Shown here piece after piece: positions 47,876 through 56,423 of a stretch of 60,964 nucleotides of DNA (position 1 is its first letter; each line of letters starts with the position of its first letter). The translations under genes and the position numbers were made by a program. Where the stretch lies: NCBI GenBank assembly GCA_030622955.1, contig JAUXFM010000002.1:1-60964 (forward strand), read 5' to 3'. The stretch is from Lentisphaerales bacterium (GTDB taxonomy: Bacteria; Verrucomicrobiota; Kiritimatiellia; JAUXFM01). A model generated the notes under the pieces. That model saw nothing but the letters and a program-made list of their open reading frames with translations, made no database searches and was not told where the DNA came from.

Positions 47876-48868
47876 CTATTCCTGATAGATAGGAATATAC
47901 CTATAAGGAGTCCCTAACACAATGATAGCCATGCTGTGCTCGTAGCTTTTCTTGCCCATGCTGCCGTCTTTGCCCTGCTTCGCGATCAGCGCTTCGCGAA
48001 TCTTGGGATACCACTCACGGTAGTCTTTAAGCCCTGCCTGCACCATCGCCTGAATCGCGTAGTAATGCCCATAATGATAGTTGCGGGTTGCATGGAACAC
48101 AGCTACGGGCTGGTTTCTGAGATAGCGCATCCCGCCCTTGACCTGCTTCGATTCACGCTCGCCTGAGAGCATCAATGTGTAAGTGGCGCCGGCACTGCGT
48201 GGAAATTTGGGCTCCTTGCCGGAATCGAAGTAGTTGAACCCGCCCGATTCAGCTTCCCATGTTCTCTTAAGATAGCCTACAGCCCTGCTGATCGTCTTGT
48301 CCGGTACGACGATTCCGGCCTGACGCGCCGACGCAAGTGCAACAAGGATCGTGACCGTAACCGACGAATCCTGATCAACGGGTTGCGGGTCATAGCGCCA
48401 ACCTCCTCCAACGTGCTGCGCGCGAAGGATGACGCGAACACCTGCTTGAAGGGCTTTGTGCACTTCTTCATCCCTATCGGTCATGCCCCAAAGTTCTGAA
48501 AATACCAGCACCGCCAATCCATGCTCGTACATCTTGACGCCAAGGTATCCGTCACTAGATTTTTTCGCCTCCACAATGAGCCAGTTCAAAGCCTTCGTCG
48601 TGGTTTCCTTGTATTTGCCTTCACCTGGAAAATGGCCTTCCACCAGGAAAGCCATAAGCGCAAGAGATGTCTCCCCAATCTTGTAGGTGCTTCCCCAGCT
48701 ACCATTCTTGCTCTGGGTCTTTACGAGCCGCTGATACCCCTTCTCAATAGCTGCGGCCGCTTTCTCGGTAAGTTCCGGATATTCCACAGCTTCTTCGGCG
48801 AACATCACGTTACTCGTCATTGCAATCAGCATGGCCAGCGCTACGATTGTCCGGATTCCTCTTCTCAT
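47876..48868 (-). CDS. secreted prenyltransferase/squalene-cyclase-repeat (alpha-alpha toroid) protein
   Basis: Signal peptide. QW-like repeats QSKNGSWGS, QHVGGGWRY and QGKDGSMGK. GGGWRYDPQPVDQDSSVTV parallels the squalene-hopene cyclase GGW...DVDDTA segment. ATG 48868 lies 9 nt after AGGGGG; the alternative ATG is at 48877. Confidence 0.75.
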   Translation of the reverse strand: MRRGIRTIVALAMLIAMTSNVMFAEEAVEYPELTEKAAAAIEKGYQRLVKTQSKNGSWGSTYKIGETSLALMAFLVEGHFPGEGKYKETTTKALNWLIVEAKKSSDGYLGVKMYEHGLAVLVFSELWGMTDRDEEVHKALQAGVRVILRAQHVGGGWRYDPQPVDQDSSVTVTILVALASARQAGIVVPDKTISRAVGYLKRTWEAESGGFNYFDSGKEPKFPRSAGATYTLMLSGERESKQVKGGMRYLRNQPVAVFHATRNYHYGHYYAIQAMVQAGLKDYREWYPKIREALIAKQGKDGSMGKKSYEHSMAIIVLGTPYRYIPIYQE

Positions 48869-48881
48869 TGCATACATCCCC

Positions 48882-51800
48882 CTATTCAGCCAGCCGCATA
48901 TAATAATCCTTCAGCACGTCGCCATATTCCAGCGGAAGTTCACGTGCGAAGTTCTCGTTCAAGGCGGCACGTTCGCGGCGCGCTATGATGCGCCAGTCGG
49001 AACGTCTACGTCTCGGATCACGCCCCTCCACAGCCTCTTTAGTCTGTTCCATTTCATCTTCGAGTTCCACATCGCTCGGCGGCATCATCATGAGACTCAT
49101 CGCGTCCATAGGCGGCAGCTCCTCTGTTGGCGAGAACTCCAGCGTGAGAGAAAGAGACATCGCTACCTCAAGCATTTCTTCCTGCTCTTCCAGAATGTCT
49201 TCCTCCTCTTCGCTCTCCATCTCTGCCACGAGCTCCATAACCAATTCCATCAGGATCTGCTCCGCTTTGCGCTGATGCTTGATGCCCGGCTTGGGTTTGA
49301 AACCCTTGAGCTGTACAATCGCAGCCTGCATCTCAGCAGCGGCCTTCCCAAACGCGTCGTAAATCGAGAACTCTTGCGATGCCTTGACAGTGTCCTTCTC
49401 CAGATCTTCCTGGTGCAGGCGCAGGTCTGTAATATCTTCCGGATGCGTACTCGCCATTGTCTCCTGGCGGATCGCACGCTGCCTGCCTGCAAGCTCGAAA
49501 GCTCTCATGAGCGCCTGGATCTCTACCGGGATCTCCATGTCAACGAGTTCCGCAGCCAACTCTGAGGTGATTAACACAACGGCTTCAATCCTTGCGAGCG
49601 CTGCTTCAAGCGCATCTTCTGCGAGCTTCATGTGCCTGCCGGCTTCCTCGCTAGATTTCGCTTTGAGCGAACCGGAGCTAAGCCCCATCTCACCGGATGC
49701 CGTTTGGTGGCTTTCCCGGCCAAGCTGTTCAGGAACCACTTTCGTTATCGCAATCGTCTCCATACGAAGCTCTTCCTGACGATCGACCAGCCCCGGTAAT
49801 TTACCCGGTGCGGATTTGTCGTTTTCCTCATGGAGCAGTCTCTGACGCTGAAGTACGTCCAGCGTGTCTGCCTGAATTCGCTGCAACAGTTCCAGCAATT
49901 CAGCAATTATCTCATACTGTTCAGATCGCATTTTCGACATAATCTGGGATTGACGCAAGAGGGCCTCCGCCTTGTTCTGCATTGGCACTGCACCTGGCAT
50001 GTCGTTCTTCTCGATCTTTTCAGAGGCGCTCGTCATGAGTTGCTGGGCTTGCATCAGCGGCAGCATGATCTTGGTATCCATGCCCACTACGGCGGCCAAC
50101 TGCCCGGCTTCATCGGTGGCGAACGACAGAATCTCTTCTTGCTCTACCAGGCTCGTGAGATCTTCGCTTGCGTTCTTTGTTGAGCGCATTACATCGCGCT
50201 GCTCGGCTTCAACGTCGTACGCATGCATGCGGAAGTTGGCCAATGTCATTATTCCGGTACGCATCTCGACCCGCTTCCCAAGTGCAATGGTTTCATATTC
50301 CGCAGTTTTAAAGGCGCGTTGAATCGCTTCGCTTGCCTTCTCGCAATGCATGATTGCATCTTTCAACTTCTTCCCTTGGATGGATGTAACCGTGACACGC
50401 ATCTTCTCCAATGCCCTGTTCAGGTCGCGTTTGAGTAATGGCACATAGGTCTGTGAATCATCTAATCGGTCCATGAAGCCCATCAGCTCATTCACGGCAT
50501 CGGCCTGAACCAGAAGGACGACTTCATCGGACAACTGCCCCGCCATCAATTCATCAATCTGATCCTGGATATCCAACTGCATGTTATCGAAGTATTTAAT
50601 ACTGCGCTGTCGCTCTGCAGCGAGATTGCGCATACGAGTGACGTTATCCACAATCACCAGGGCCGTAATGCGATCCGTAATGATCTCAACAGCACTTGCC
50701 AGATTAGTTGCCGCTTCTTTCTGTTCCTTTTCGAGCGTCGCTTTATCCATGGCCTTCACAGCCGCTACCGCCCGCTTCATTGCCGAAGCGGCTTCTTGCA
50801 AAGCATAGTCAATACCCGACCCCATCGCCTGTTGCTGCTCTCGGCCCTCCTCCTCCTGCGCAGCCTGCTGCCGTTCTTCGCTGCCAGAAAGCTGGAAGGT
50901 CTTGTCCTTGATCTTCATCGGCACTCGGAGCCGGCTCGTTTTACGCAGCAACCCGCGTTGATGCGCCATGATGCCGATCTGATCCCCTTCAAGATCCAAC
51001 CCTGTTTTACGCATCGCCTGCTGTGCATCAATGATCGCTCTGATGTCGTCCCGCAAGATTTCAAGAAGAATCATCTGGAACTCGGGATTGAGCTTGACCT
51101 GGACTTCCTCGACCCCCTTGAGCGCCAGCCCCTGCTTCACGACGGCAGCTTTCGCCTTCTTTTCCCCCACATCGCGCGCTGCGTCTGACAGGAACATCTC
51201 CTGTTCTCTCAAAGCCTTGGACGCACGCAGCAAGCGCACCTGGGCGAGATAGCGACGAGCAGAGGGGCGCGGCTGCCGAGCATCCTTTGACATTTGAATC
51301 AGTCGATCCGCCGTATCGCGCTGACGCCCCGATAGCTGGCGAAACTCATCCCTATCCATTTCAATGATCGACTCGGCAACATCAAGTGTAAGCGAATAGA
51401 TATCTTCTTCGCGCCTGTATATCTCGTGGAGTTCCCGGGCATAGACATCTGTCGCATACCTGACGTTCAACATCAGGAGCAGCCTGCCCATCTCCCATGC
51501 GGCCACGTCTATGTACTTGTTGGCCTTGTTGACCTTTGTCAGCTGTTCTTTCCCCTCTTTCTGGAAAGCTAAGCGGAGCAGCTCAACCGCACTGGCAAGA
51601 GGCCCGTTCTCAATCTGCTTGACTCTTGTCTTGTACATCTTGACTCGCATCTCCGTGCGCGGATCCAAAGAGCCATTCGCCTTGGAATCTTCAAGAAGAA
51701 GGTCGAATTGCTGGCTCAAAGCGGCCAGCCGCTGGATCACAAGATCCTGCTGCACGGTTTCGAGAAGAATGCCCTGCGACGCCTTCGAGCCACGCGCGCG

Positions 51801-51920
51801 CTGCCCTCTGTCAGATCCATGCACAGGAAAGGATAAGAGGAAAGTAGTCAAAATCGCTACCTGACATAACAGGCTTCGCTGCGCCGCCTTTCTGATTTTA
51901 GAGGCAATGCTTTTTTTCAT
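48882..51920 (-). CDS. secreted 1012-aa all-helical coiled-coil protein
   Basis: Signal peptide ...LTTFLLSFPVHG. The long E/K/Q/A/L-rich sequence has no recognisable catalytic motif. There is an acidic stretch near the C-terminus and the protein ends ...LPLEYGDVLKDYYMRLAE. ATGA overlap with the upstream gene. Confidence 0.75.
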   Translation of the reverse strand: MKKSIASKIRKAAQRSLLCQVAILTTFLLSFPVHGSDRGQRARGSKASQGILLETVQQDLVIQRLAALSQQFDLLLEDSKANGSLDPRTEMRVKMYKTRVKQIENGPLASAVELLRLAFQKEGKEQLTKVNKANKYIDVAAWEMGRLLLMLNVRYATDVYARELHEIYRREEDIYSLTLDVAESIIEMDRDEFRQLSGRQRDTADRLIQMSKDARQPRPSARRYLAQVRLLRASKALREQEMFLSDAARDVGEKKAKAAVVKQGLALKGVEEVQVKLNPEFQMILLEILRDDIRAIIDAQQAMRKTGLDLEGDQIGIMAHQRGLLRKTSRLRVPMKIKDKTFQLSGSEERQQAAQEEEGREQQQAMGSGIDYALQEAASAMKRAVAAVKAMDKATLEKEQKEAATNLASAVEIITDRITALVIVDNVTRMRNLAAERQRSIKYFDNMQLDIQDQIDELMAGQLSDEVVLLVQADAVNELMGFMDRLDDSQTYVPLLKRDLNRALEKMRVTVTSIQGKKLKDAIMHCEKASEAIQRAFKTAEYETIALGKRVEMRTGIMTLANFRMHAYDVEAEQRDVMRSTKNASEDLTSLVEQEEILSFATDEAGQLAAVVGMDTKIMLPLMQAQQLMTSASEKIEKNDMPGAVPMQNKAEALLRQSQIMSKMRSEQYEIIAELLELLQRIQADTLDVLQRQRLLHEENDKSAPGKLPGLVDRQEELRMETIAITKVVPEQLGRESHQTASGEMGLSSGSLKAKSSEEAGRHMKLAEDALEAALARIEAVVLITSELAAELVDMEIPVEIQALMRAFELAGRQRAIRQETMASTHPEDITDLRLHQEDLEKDTVKASQEFSIYDAFGKAAAEMQAAIVQLKGFKPKPGIKHQRKAEQILMELVMELVAEMESEEEEDILEEQEEMLEVAMSLSLTLEFSPTEELPPMDAMSLMMMPPSDVELEDEMEQTKEAVEGRDPRRRRSDWRIIARRERAALNENFARELPLEYGDVLKDYYMRLAE

Positions 51921-53557
51921 GGTAAATCCTCCTCTTCAATGGCCTCCGACATTGCCGACAGGCTCTCATGAGATTCGCGTTCCTGTCGGTAAAGTGGGTT
52001 GAGGGTCGAAAGTTGAGCGCGGCTCAGATCGTCAATATACCTGACATATTCAGATTCCGAAAGCACCTGGAAGCGTCGGCCCTCCGAGCGAACTCTGTGC
52101 GGTTTGCTGCCCTCTGACTCATACGTATCGATGACTTCGATAAAGAACGTGACAATATCGCCGACCTTCAGTTCCGGCATGGACTTGGCGAGCGCCCAAT
52201 CAAAAGGGTTTCGGACACTCCTCTCGGAATTCAGTGCCCCAAGATCGATGCTCTTTTCCTGTGATTCATTGAGCTGATAGATAATACGCGCGCTTGCGAG
52301 TCCATGGTCATCCGCCCCTGCGAACGCAAGGTTTAACGTTCGTCGCAACGTGCCCTTCATATCATCGGCAGGCTTCACTATTTCAACGTGTGGTGGAATG
52401 TCGGGAATCATCTGGATGAAGTGGCGTGATCCTTCATATTCATATCCATTCTCTCTTTCGGTCCATTCGAAATGATACGGCTCCGAACGATCAGCCGTTG
52501 TTGAGACGCGAATTTGGTGACCACCTTCTTCTATGCTGGCAACTGCCTTGTCACCACCGCCCCGCACCAGTTCGGCATGCTTGACAGCACGATCAAGTTT
52601 CAGCGTCCATTCAAGCGTGGTTCCTTCGGGCACTCGCAAATTAAGCGAGGCAGCTTTCCTGTCCGGCAGTCGCATGTATTTCGGATGCAATAGCTTCACC
52701 GAGGCCTCGGTAACCCTGGGGGACGGAATGACCGATACCTTGTATTCGAGCGACCTAGCATCGCCTATTCTAAAGTAGTAAGCAAAATCCTGGTAGATCT
52801 CGGAGAAGTGATAGCTGAACTTGTGCTCCTGTTCTCTTCTTACCGGGATCTCCTCCCATACATTGCCAGACCCCACTGAGACCATGAGAGTGCCGTCGGC
52901 AGGAATCTGGCCACCAGCCGTTGCTTTCAGCCAAACGGGTGAGCCTTCACGCACGACCTGGTCGCCTGAACAGGTTTCCACTCTCGCCTGGGAGGGATAG
53001 ATCGCCATTGAAGGCGGATACAACAGGCGTGTGACCAATACCTTCATGTAGTCCGGAGCCAGCAGCGTAACGCCCACCAGCACCAGCAATGCCGAAGCTG
53101 CCGAGATCAGCAGCTTCTTGAGTTTTGCGAAATTCACAATTGTCGAGAAATCGACGCTCCCGGTCTGTTTACCCGCCTGCTGCTGGACCAGCGCGACAAG
53201 ATCCTTTGACATGCCAGGCTGCATATTCTCCTGAGCGAACTGCACAGTGGAAATCAGGATGCTCTTGAGTTCCGGATGCCTCTTCTCCACCTGCAGGCTC
53301 ACGCGACTCTCATTGAAGCGGCGCAGGTAGCGAATACAGACCTTCTGCACGAGAAATACGAGCACAGCCAGATTCAGCACAAGCAGAACGGTTCTGGCCA
53401 AAGGCGATAGCCGCAGGAAGAGATCCAGCAACAGATCGGCGAAGATGAGGCCGACCCCCGCAATCAACAGCCAGGACAGACCGCGCAGGTACCAGAACCC
53501 ACGCTGCTTATGCCACGCGCTCCGTAACTTGCGATAAATGTTCTTATCTAAGTTCAT
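51917..53557 (-). CDS. membrane protein (N-terminal TM hairpin plus third TM) with beta-rich extracytoplasmic region
   Basis: 546-aa ORF. TM segments LSWLLIAGVGLIFADLLLDLFL, VLLVLNLAVLVFLV and LLISAASALLVLVGVTLL. Family not recognised; possibly DUF4175-related. Confidence 0.7.
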   Translation of the reverse strand: MNLDKNIYRKLRSAWHKQRGFWYLRGLSWLLIAGVGLIFADLLLDLFLRLSPLARTVLLVLNLAVLVFLVQKVCIRYLRRFNESRVSLQVEKRHPELKSILISTVQFAQENMQPGMSKDLVALVQQQAGKQTGSVDFSTIVNFAKLKKLLISAASALLVLVGVTLLAPDYMKVLVTRLLYPPSMAIYPSQARVETCSGDQVVREGSPVWLKATAGGQIPADGTLMVSVGSGNVWEEIPVRREQEHKFSYHFSEIYQDFAYYFRIGDARSLEYKVSVIPSPRVTEASVKLLHPKYMRLPDRKAASLNLRVPEGTTLEWTLKLDRAVKHAELVRGGGDKAVASIEEGGHQIRVSTTADRSEPYHFEWTERENGYEYEGSRHFIQMIPDIPPHVEIVKPADDMKGTLRRTLNLAFAGADDHGLASARIIYQLNESQEKSIDLGALNSERSVRNPFDWALAKSMPELKVGDIVTFFIEVIDTYESEGSKPHRVRSEGRRFQVLSESEYVRYIDDLSRAQLSTLNPLYRQERESHESLSAMSEAIEEEDLP

Positions 53558-53686
53558 CTTGTTCTAACGGACGACCGCTGTCTCCACCTATCTATTTTTC
53601 AATCCTTCTTCCCTGAACTCTGCCTACCCGCCTCACCCTAGCTCGCCATCGGGCCGGCCAGGTAAACCTGAACACTGAAACCGCTC

Positions 53687-56401
53687 CTATGCCAGATCAT
53701 TCTTCCTTCGCAGGAACCATTCGAGGCATACCAATCCTATGAAAGCCAGGAGCACCCACCATTTATCCCACAGCAAGCTTTCTTTAACTACTGAAACTGT
53801 TCTCGGTTCGCCATCGATAATCTCCGGCAGCACGGGCAGATCAGCGATCGCGAAATAGGTGCCACCCGAAGCCAGGGCCAGCTTCCTGAGCCCGTCTTCA
53901 TCAAGTTGTGTCGAAGTCATCTCGCGACGAATCGTACTCACGTGGAATTCCGGCACATTCGCAAACGACAGATCAGCCTCACCCACTGTCAGCTTGTAAG
54001 CCCCTTCACTCTCTGCCGTGTAGTAGCCCTGATAGAGGCCAGCCTTGCCCGGTTCAGGTTTCAGATGCAAAAGCAGGCCGTCATCCTCTTCCTCGCCTTT
54101 GTCATTCACTTTCTTCACATAAAGCGAGTAGTCGGCAGCCACAACAGGTTCGTAGGCTTCATTGAGCACATTGGCATAGATATGAACGCGCTCGCCCGCC
54201 CGGTATATTGTACGGTCGGTCTGGATACGTATGCGCTGATGCTCGCCCAGCAATCGTGAAAGGGTCAGAAACTGGATCGTCTGCGACCACAGTCGCCAGT
54301 GATACTTGTCACCACTCTTGTAGCGTAGTCGCCAAAGTCGATCGGTGCCAATGAACATGGTCTTTCCACTGCCATATCGGTGCCAGGCGATCAAAGGATA
54401 ATTCTTAACACGTCGCCTCGCGTCCGACAGGTATGCCAATGCCACAGCCCCCGGCTTCAGCTCTGTAACCGGCGGCAGCCTGACCAATGGCTTCACACGC
54501 GTCCAGATCATGTTGTTCTTCTCCGCAGGCGATTCCAGGGTCATGACCATACTTCGCTTGCCTGCCATTGACAGCACTGGGTGCACAGATTCGGGCACTT
54601 CATCCCACTTCCCACTGGCGTCGAACCTGACCGGCAACATATCCTCGACCGGCGTGCCTGCATATTCGAATGGCGTATGGTCACGTCCAGCCAGCATCAG
54701 GAGCGAGCCACCGCGATCCCGAACAAGTTCCTGCATCCGCATGAACTCTTCTTCCTCGAAGAAGGAGGCCGCGACATCGCCCAGAATGACCAGGTCATAA
54801 GCGTAAGCATCTTCTTTTTCGCTGGGATAACGGGCGATGTATTCCTGCGAAACCCGCGCTATTTCTGCGCCCACCTTGGTGCTGATGAATTTCACGTTCA
54901 AGCGCGGATCACGCTTGAGAATCGAACGCAGGTATCTGTATTCCCAGCGCGAATCGCCTTCTATGCAGAGCACGTCAACTTTGTTAGTCATCATCCTGAT
55001 GGTACGCTGGATTCTGTTGTTCTCAACGGTCGCCTCGTTAGGCAACGGCTCAAGCGCAATTTCTAACTTCGCCGCCCCACCCCTGGGGCTGTAAGCATCA
55101 AAGAAAATGTCCTCGAACTGAGGGCCGCCCTTGAGCTTCACTGGTGTACGCGCGAGTTGGCGGCCGTCCAGCGATACCTTGAGATTCGTATTGCGCTTCT
55201 CGTATCCATCAGAGTGGATCTGAACACGTACCGGTACCTGGTCGCCCGAGAAGGCAACATCCTGCACCACTATGTTGTGAATGGAAGCGTCATCGGGTTT
55301 CGCCAGGCCGATGCCGACGGGGTAGATGGGAATCGCTCGCTGCCCCATCTTGTTGCCGATCTCGTCAACACTTGCGCCACCATTCGCAGAACCGTCGGTA
55401 AACACAACTACACCTGCAACCAGAGAACCGCCATGAAGGCCAATGGCCTCTTCAATCGCGGAACCAAGGTAAGTAGCTTTCTTGGTTACCTCGAGCTTAT
55501 CAAGCGCAGCATCCGGTAATGCACCCAATCCTTCAGCCACCGATTCCGTGCACTCGTCAAACCGACAATACTTGATCTCGTAGTCGCCTTCGAGTTGCCC
55601 GATGAAATTGCGCTCCTCGCTGCCAAGGATTGATTTCACAAGCTCCATCCGGGACATTTGGGAAAGGCGGTCCTCTGCTTTATCGTTGAGAGTCTTGCTG
55701 TATGACGGACCCTGAATGTCTACCGCGGCAAGGGTTTCCTTCAGCTCATCCTGTTTGTCCGCAATCTCTCTCTGTCGTGCCGCATCTACTGCGACCGCTT
55801 CTGTTTCACGGAACAATCGGTCCTGCTTCCCTTTCAATTCCTCGAGCGTGCCAATAATCTTCATGACCCTGGAATCGGCTACGCCGACAGCACGAACGGC
55901 CGCCAGAGCATCTTCTAAAGCCTCCGCCGCTTTCCGCTGCGCAGGTACCGCAGGGGCGACTTTGCCGGCTTTGAGCGCCCGGACAGCTTTCATCATGTGC
56001 CGTTCCGCGCGAGCCACGAGCCGCCGAACTTCGACATGCTCATATTTGATTTCACCGGTGGCCAGCGCTGCTTCTATCAAATCTTCATGTGCCTTGCGCG
56101 TGTCGCGAATGCCCATACTTTCCGAAACGTCGACCATCACTATCAAGCGCTTCGATACCGGCATTTCTTCACCTGTACGGATGCTGGGCTCCAGCAATAC
56201 GAGAATCAGAAGCATCATGGAAAGAATGCGGAGAATCCCAAGCATTGGCCGCATCTGTTTTTGCAGCTCCGATTCGCCCCGGTAGAGCCAGATCGAGACA
56301 CCGACAGCAGCTACGATGAAAAGCCCCACGAGCAACACCGGCCACTGCTGGTTCAAATGTAACTCGCCCAGCAACATCATTCCTGTTAATCCGCCAATCA
56401 T
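53687..56401 (-). CDS. double-TM VWA-fold protein (904 aa) with long helical insertion and GATase1-like C-terminal module
   Basis: MIDAS DVSES in LIVMVDVSESM. The Thr and Asp elements (KKATYLGSAI, VVVFTDGSANGG) follow only ~215 aa later. VDVLCIEGDSRWEY...YDLVILGDV...GGSLLMLAG resembles class-I amidotransferase-like modules. There is a C-terminal TM. Confidence 0.75.
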   Translation of the reverse strand: MIGGLTGMMLLGELHLNQQWPVLLVGLFIVAAVGVSIWLYRGESELQKQMRPMLGILRILSMMLLILVLLEPSIRTGEEMPVSKRLIVMVDVSESMGIRDTRKAHEDLIEAALATGEIKYEHVEVRRLVARAERHMMKAVRALKAGKVAPAVPAQRKAAEALEDALAAVRAVGVADSRVMKIIGTLEELKGKQDRLFRETEAVAVDAARQREIADKQDELKETLAAVDIQGPSYSKTLNDKAEDRLSQMSRMELVKSILGSEERNFIGQLEGDYEIKYCRFDECTESVAEGLGALPDAALDKLEVTKKATYLGSAIEEAIGLHGGSLVAGVVVFTDGSANGGASVDEIGNKMGQRAIPIYPVGIGLAKPDDASIHNIVVQDVAFSGDQVPVRVQIHSDGYEKRNTNLKVSLDGRQLARTPVKLKGGPQFEDIFFDAYSPRGGAAKLEIALEPLPNEATVENNRIQRTIRMMTNKVDVLCIEGDSRWEYRYLRSILKRDPRLNVKFISTKVGAEIARVSQEYIARYPSEKEDAYAYDLVILGDVAASFFEEEEFMRMQELVRDRGGSLLMLAGRDHTPFEYAGTPVEDMLPVRFDASGKWDEVPESVHPVLSMAGKRSMVMTLESPAEKNNMIWTRVKPLVRLPPVTELKPGAVALAYLSDARRRVKNYPLIAWHRYGSGKTMFIGTDRLWRLRYKSGDKYHWRLWSQTIQFLTLSRLLGEHQRIRIQTDRTIYRAGERVHIYANVLNEAYEPVVAADYSLYVKKVNDKGEEEDDGLLLHLKPEPGKAGLYQGYYTAESEGAYKLTVGEADLSFANVPEFHVSTIRREMTSTQLDEDGLRKLALASGGTYFAIADLPVLPEIIDGEPRTVSVVKESLLWDKWWVLLAFIGLVCLEWFLRRKNDLA

Positions 56402-56423
56402 TTTCTCTCCAGCCGTCTATTCT

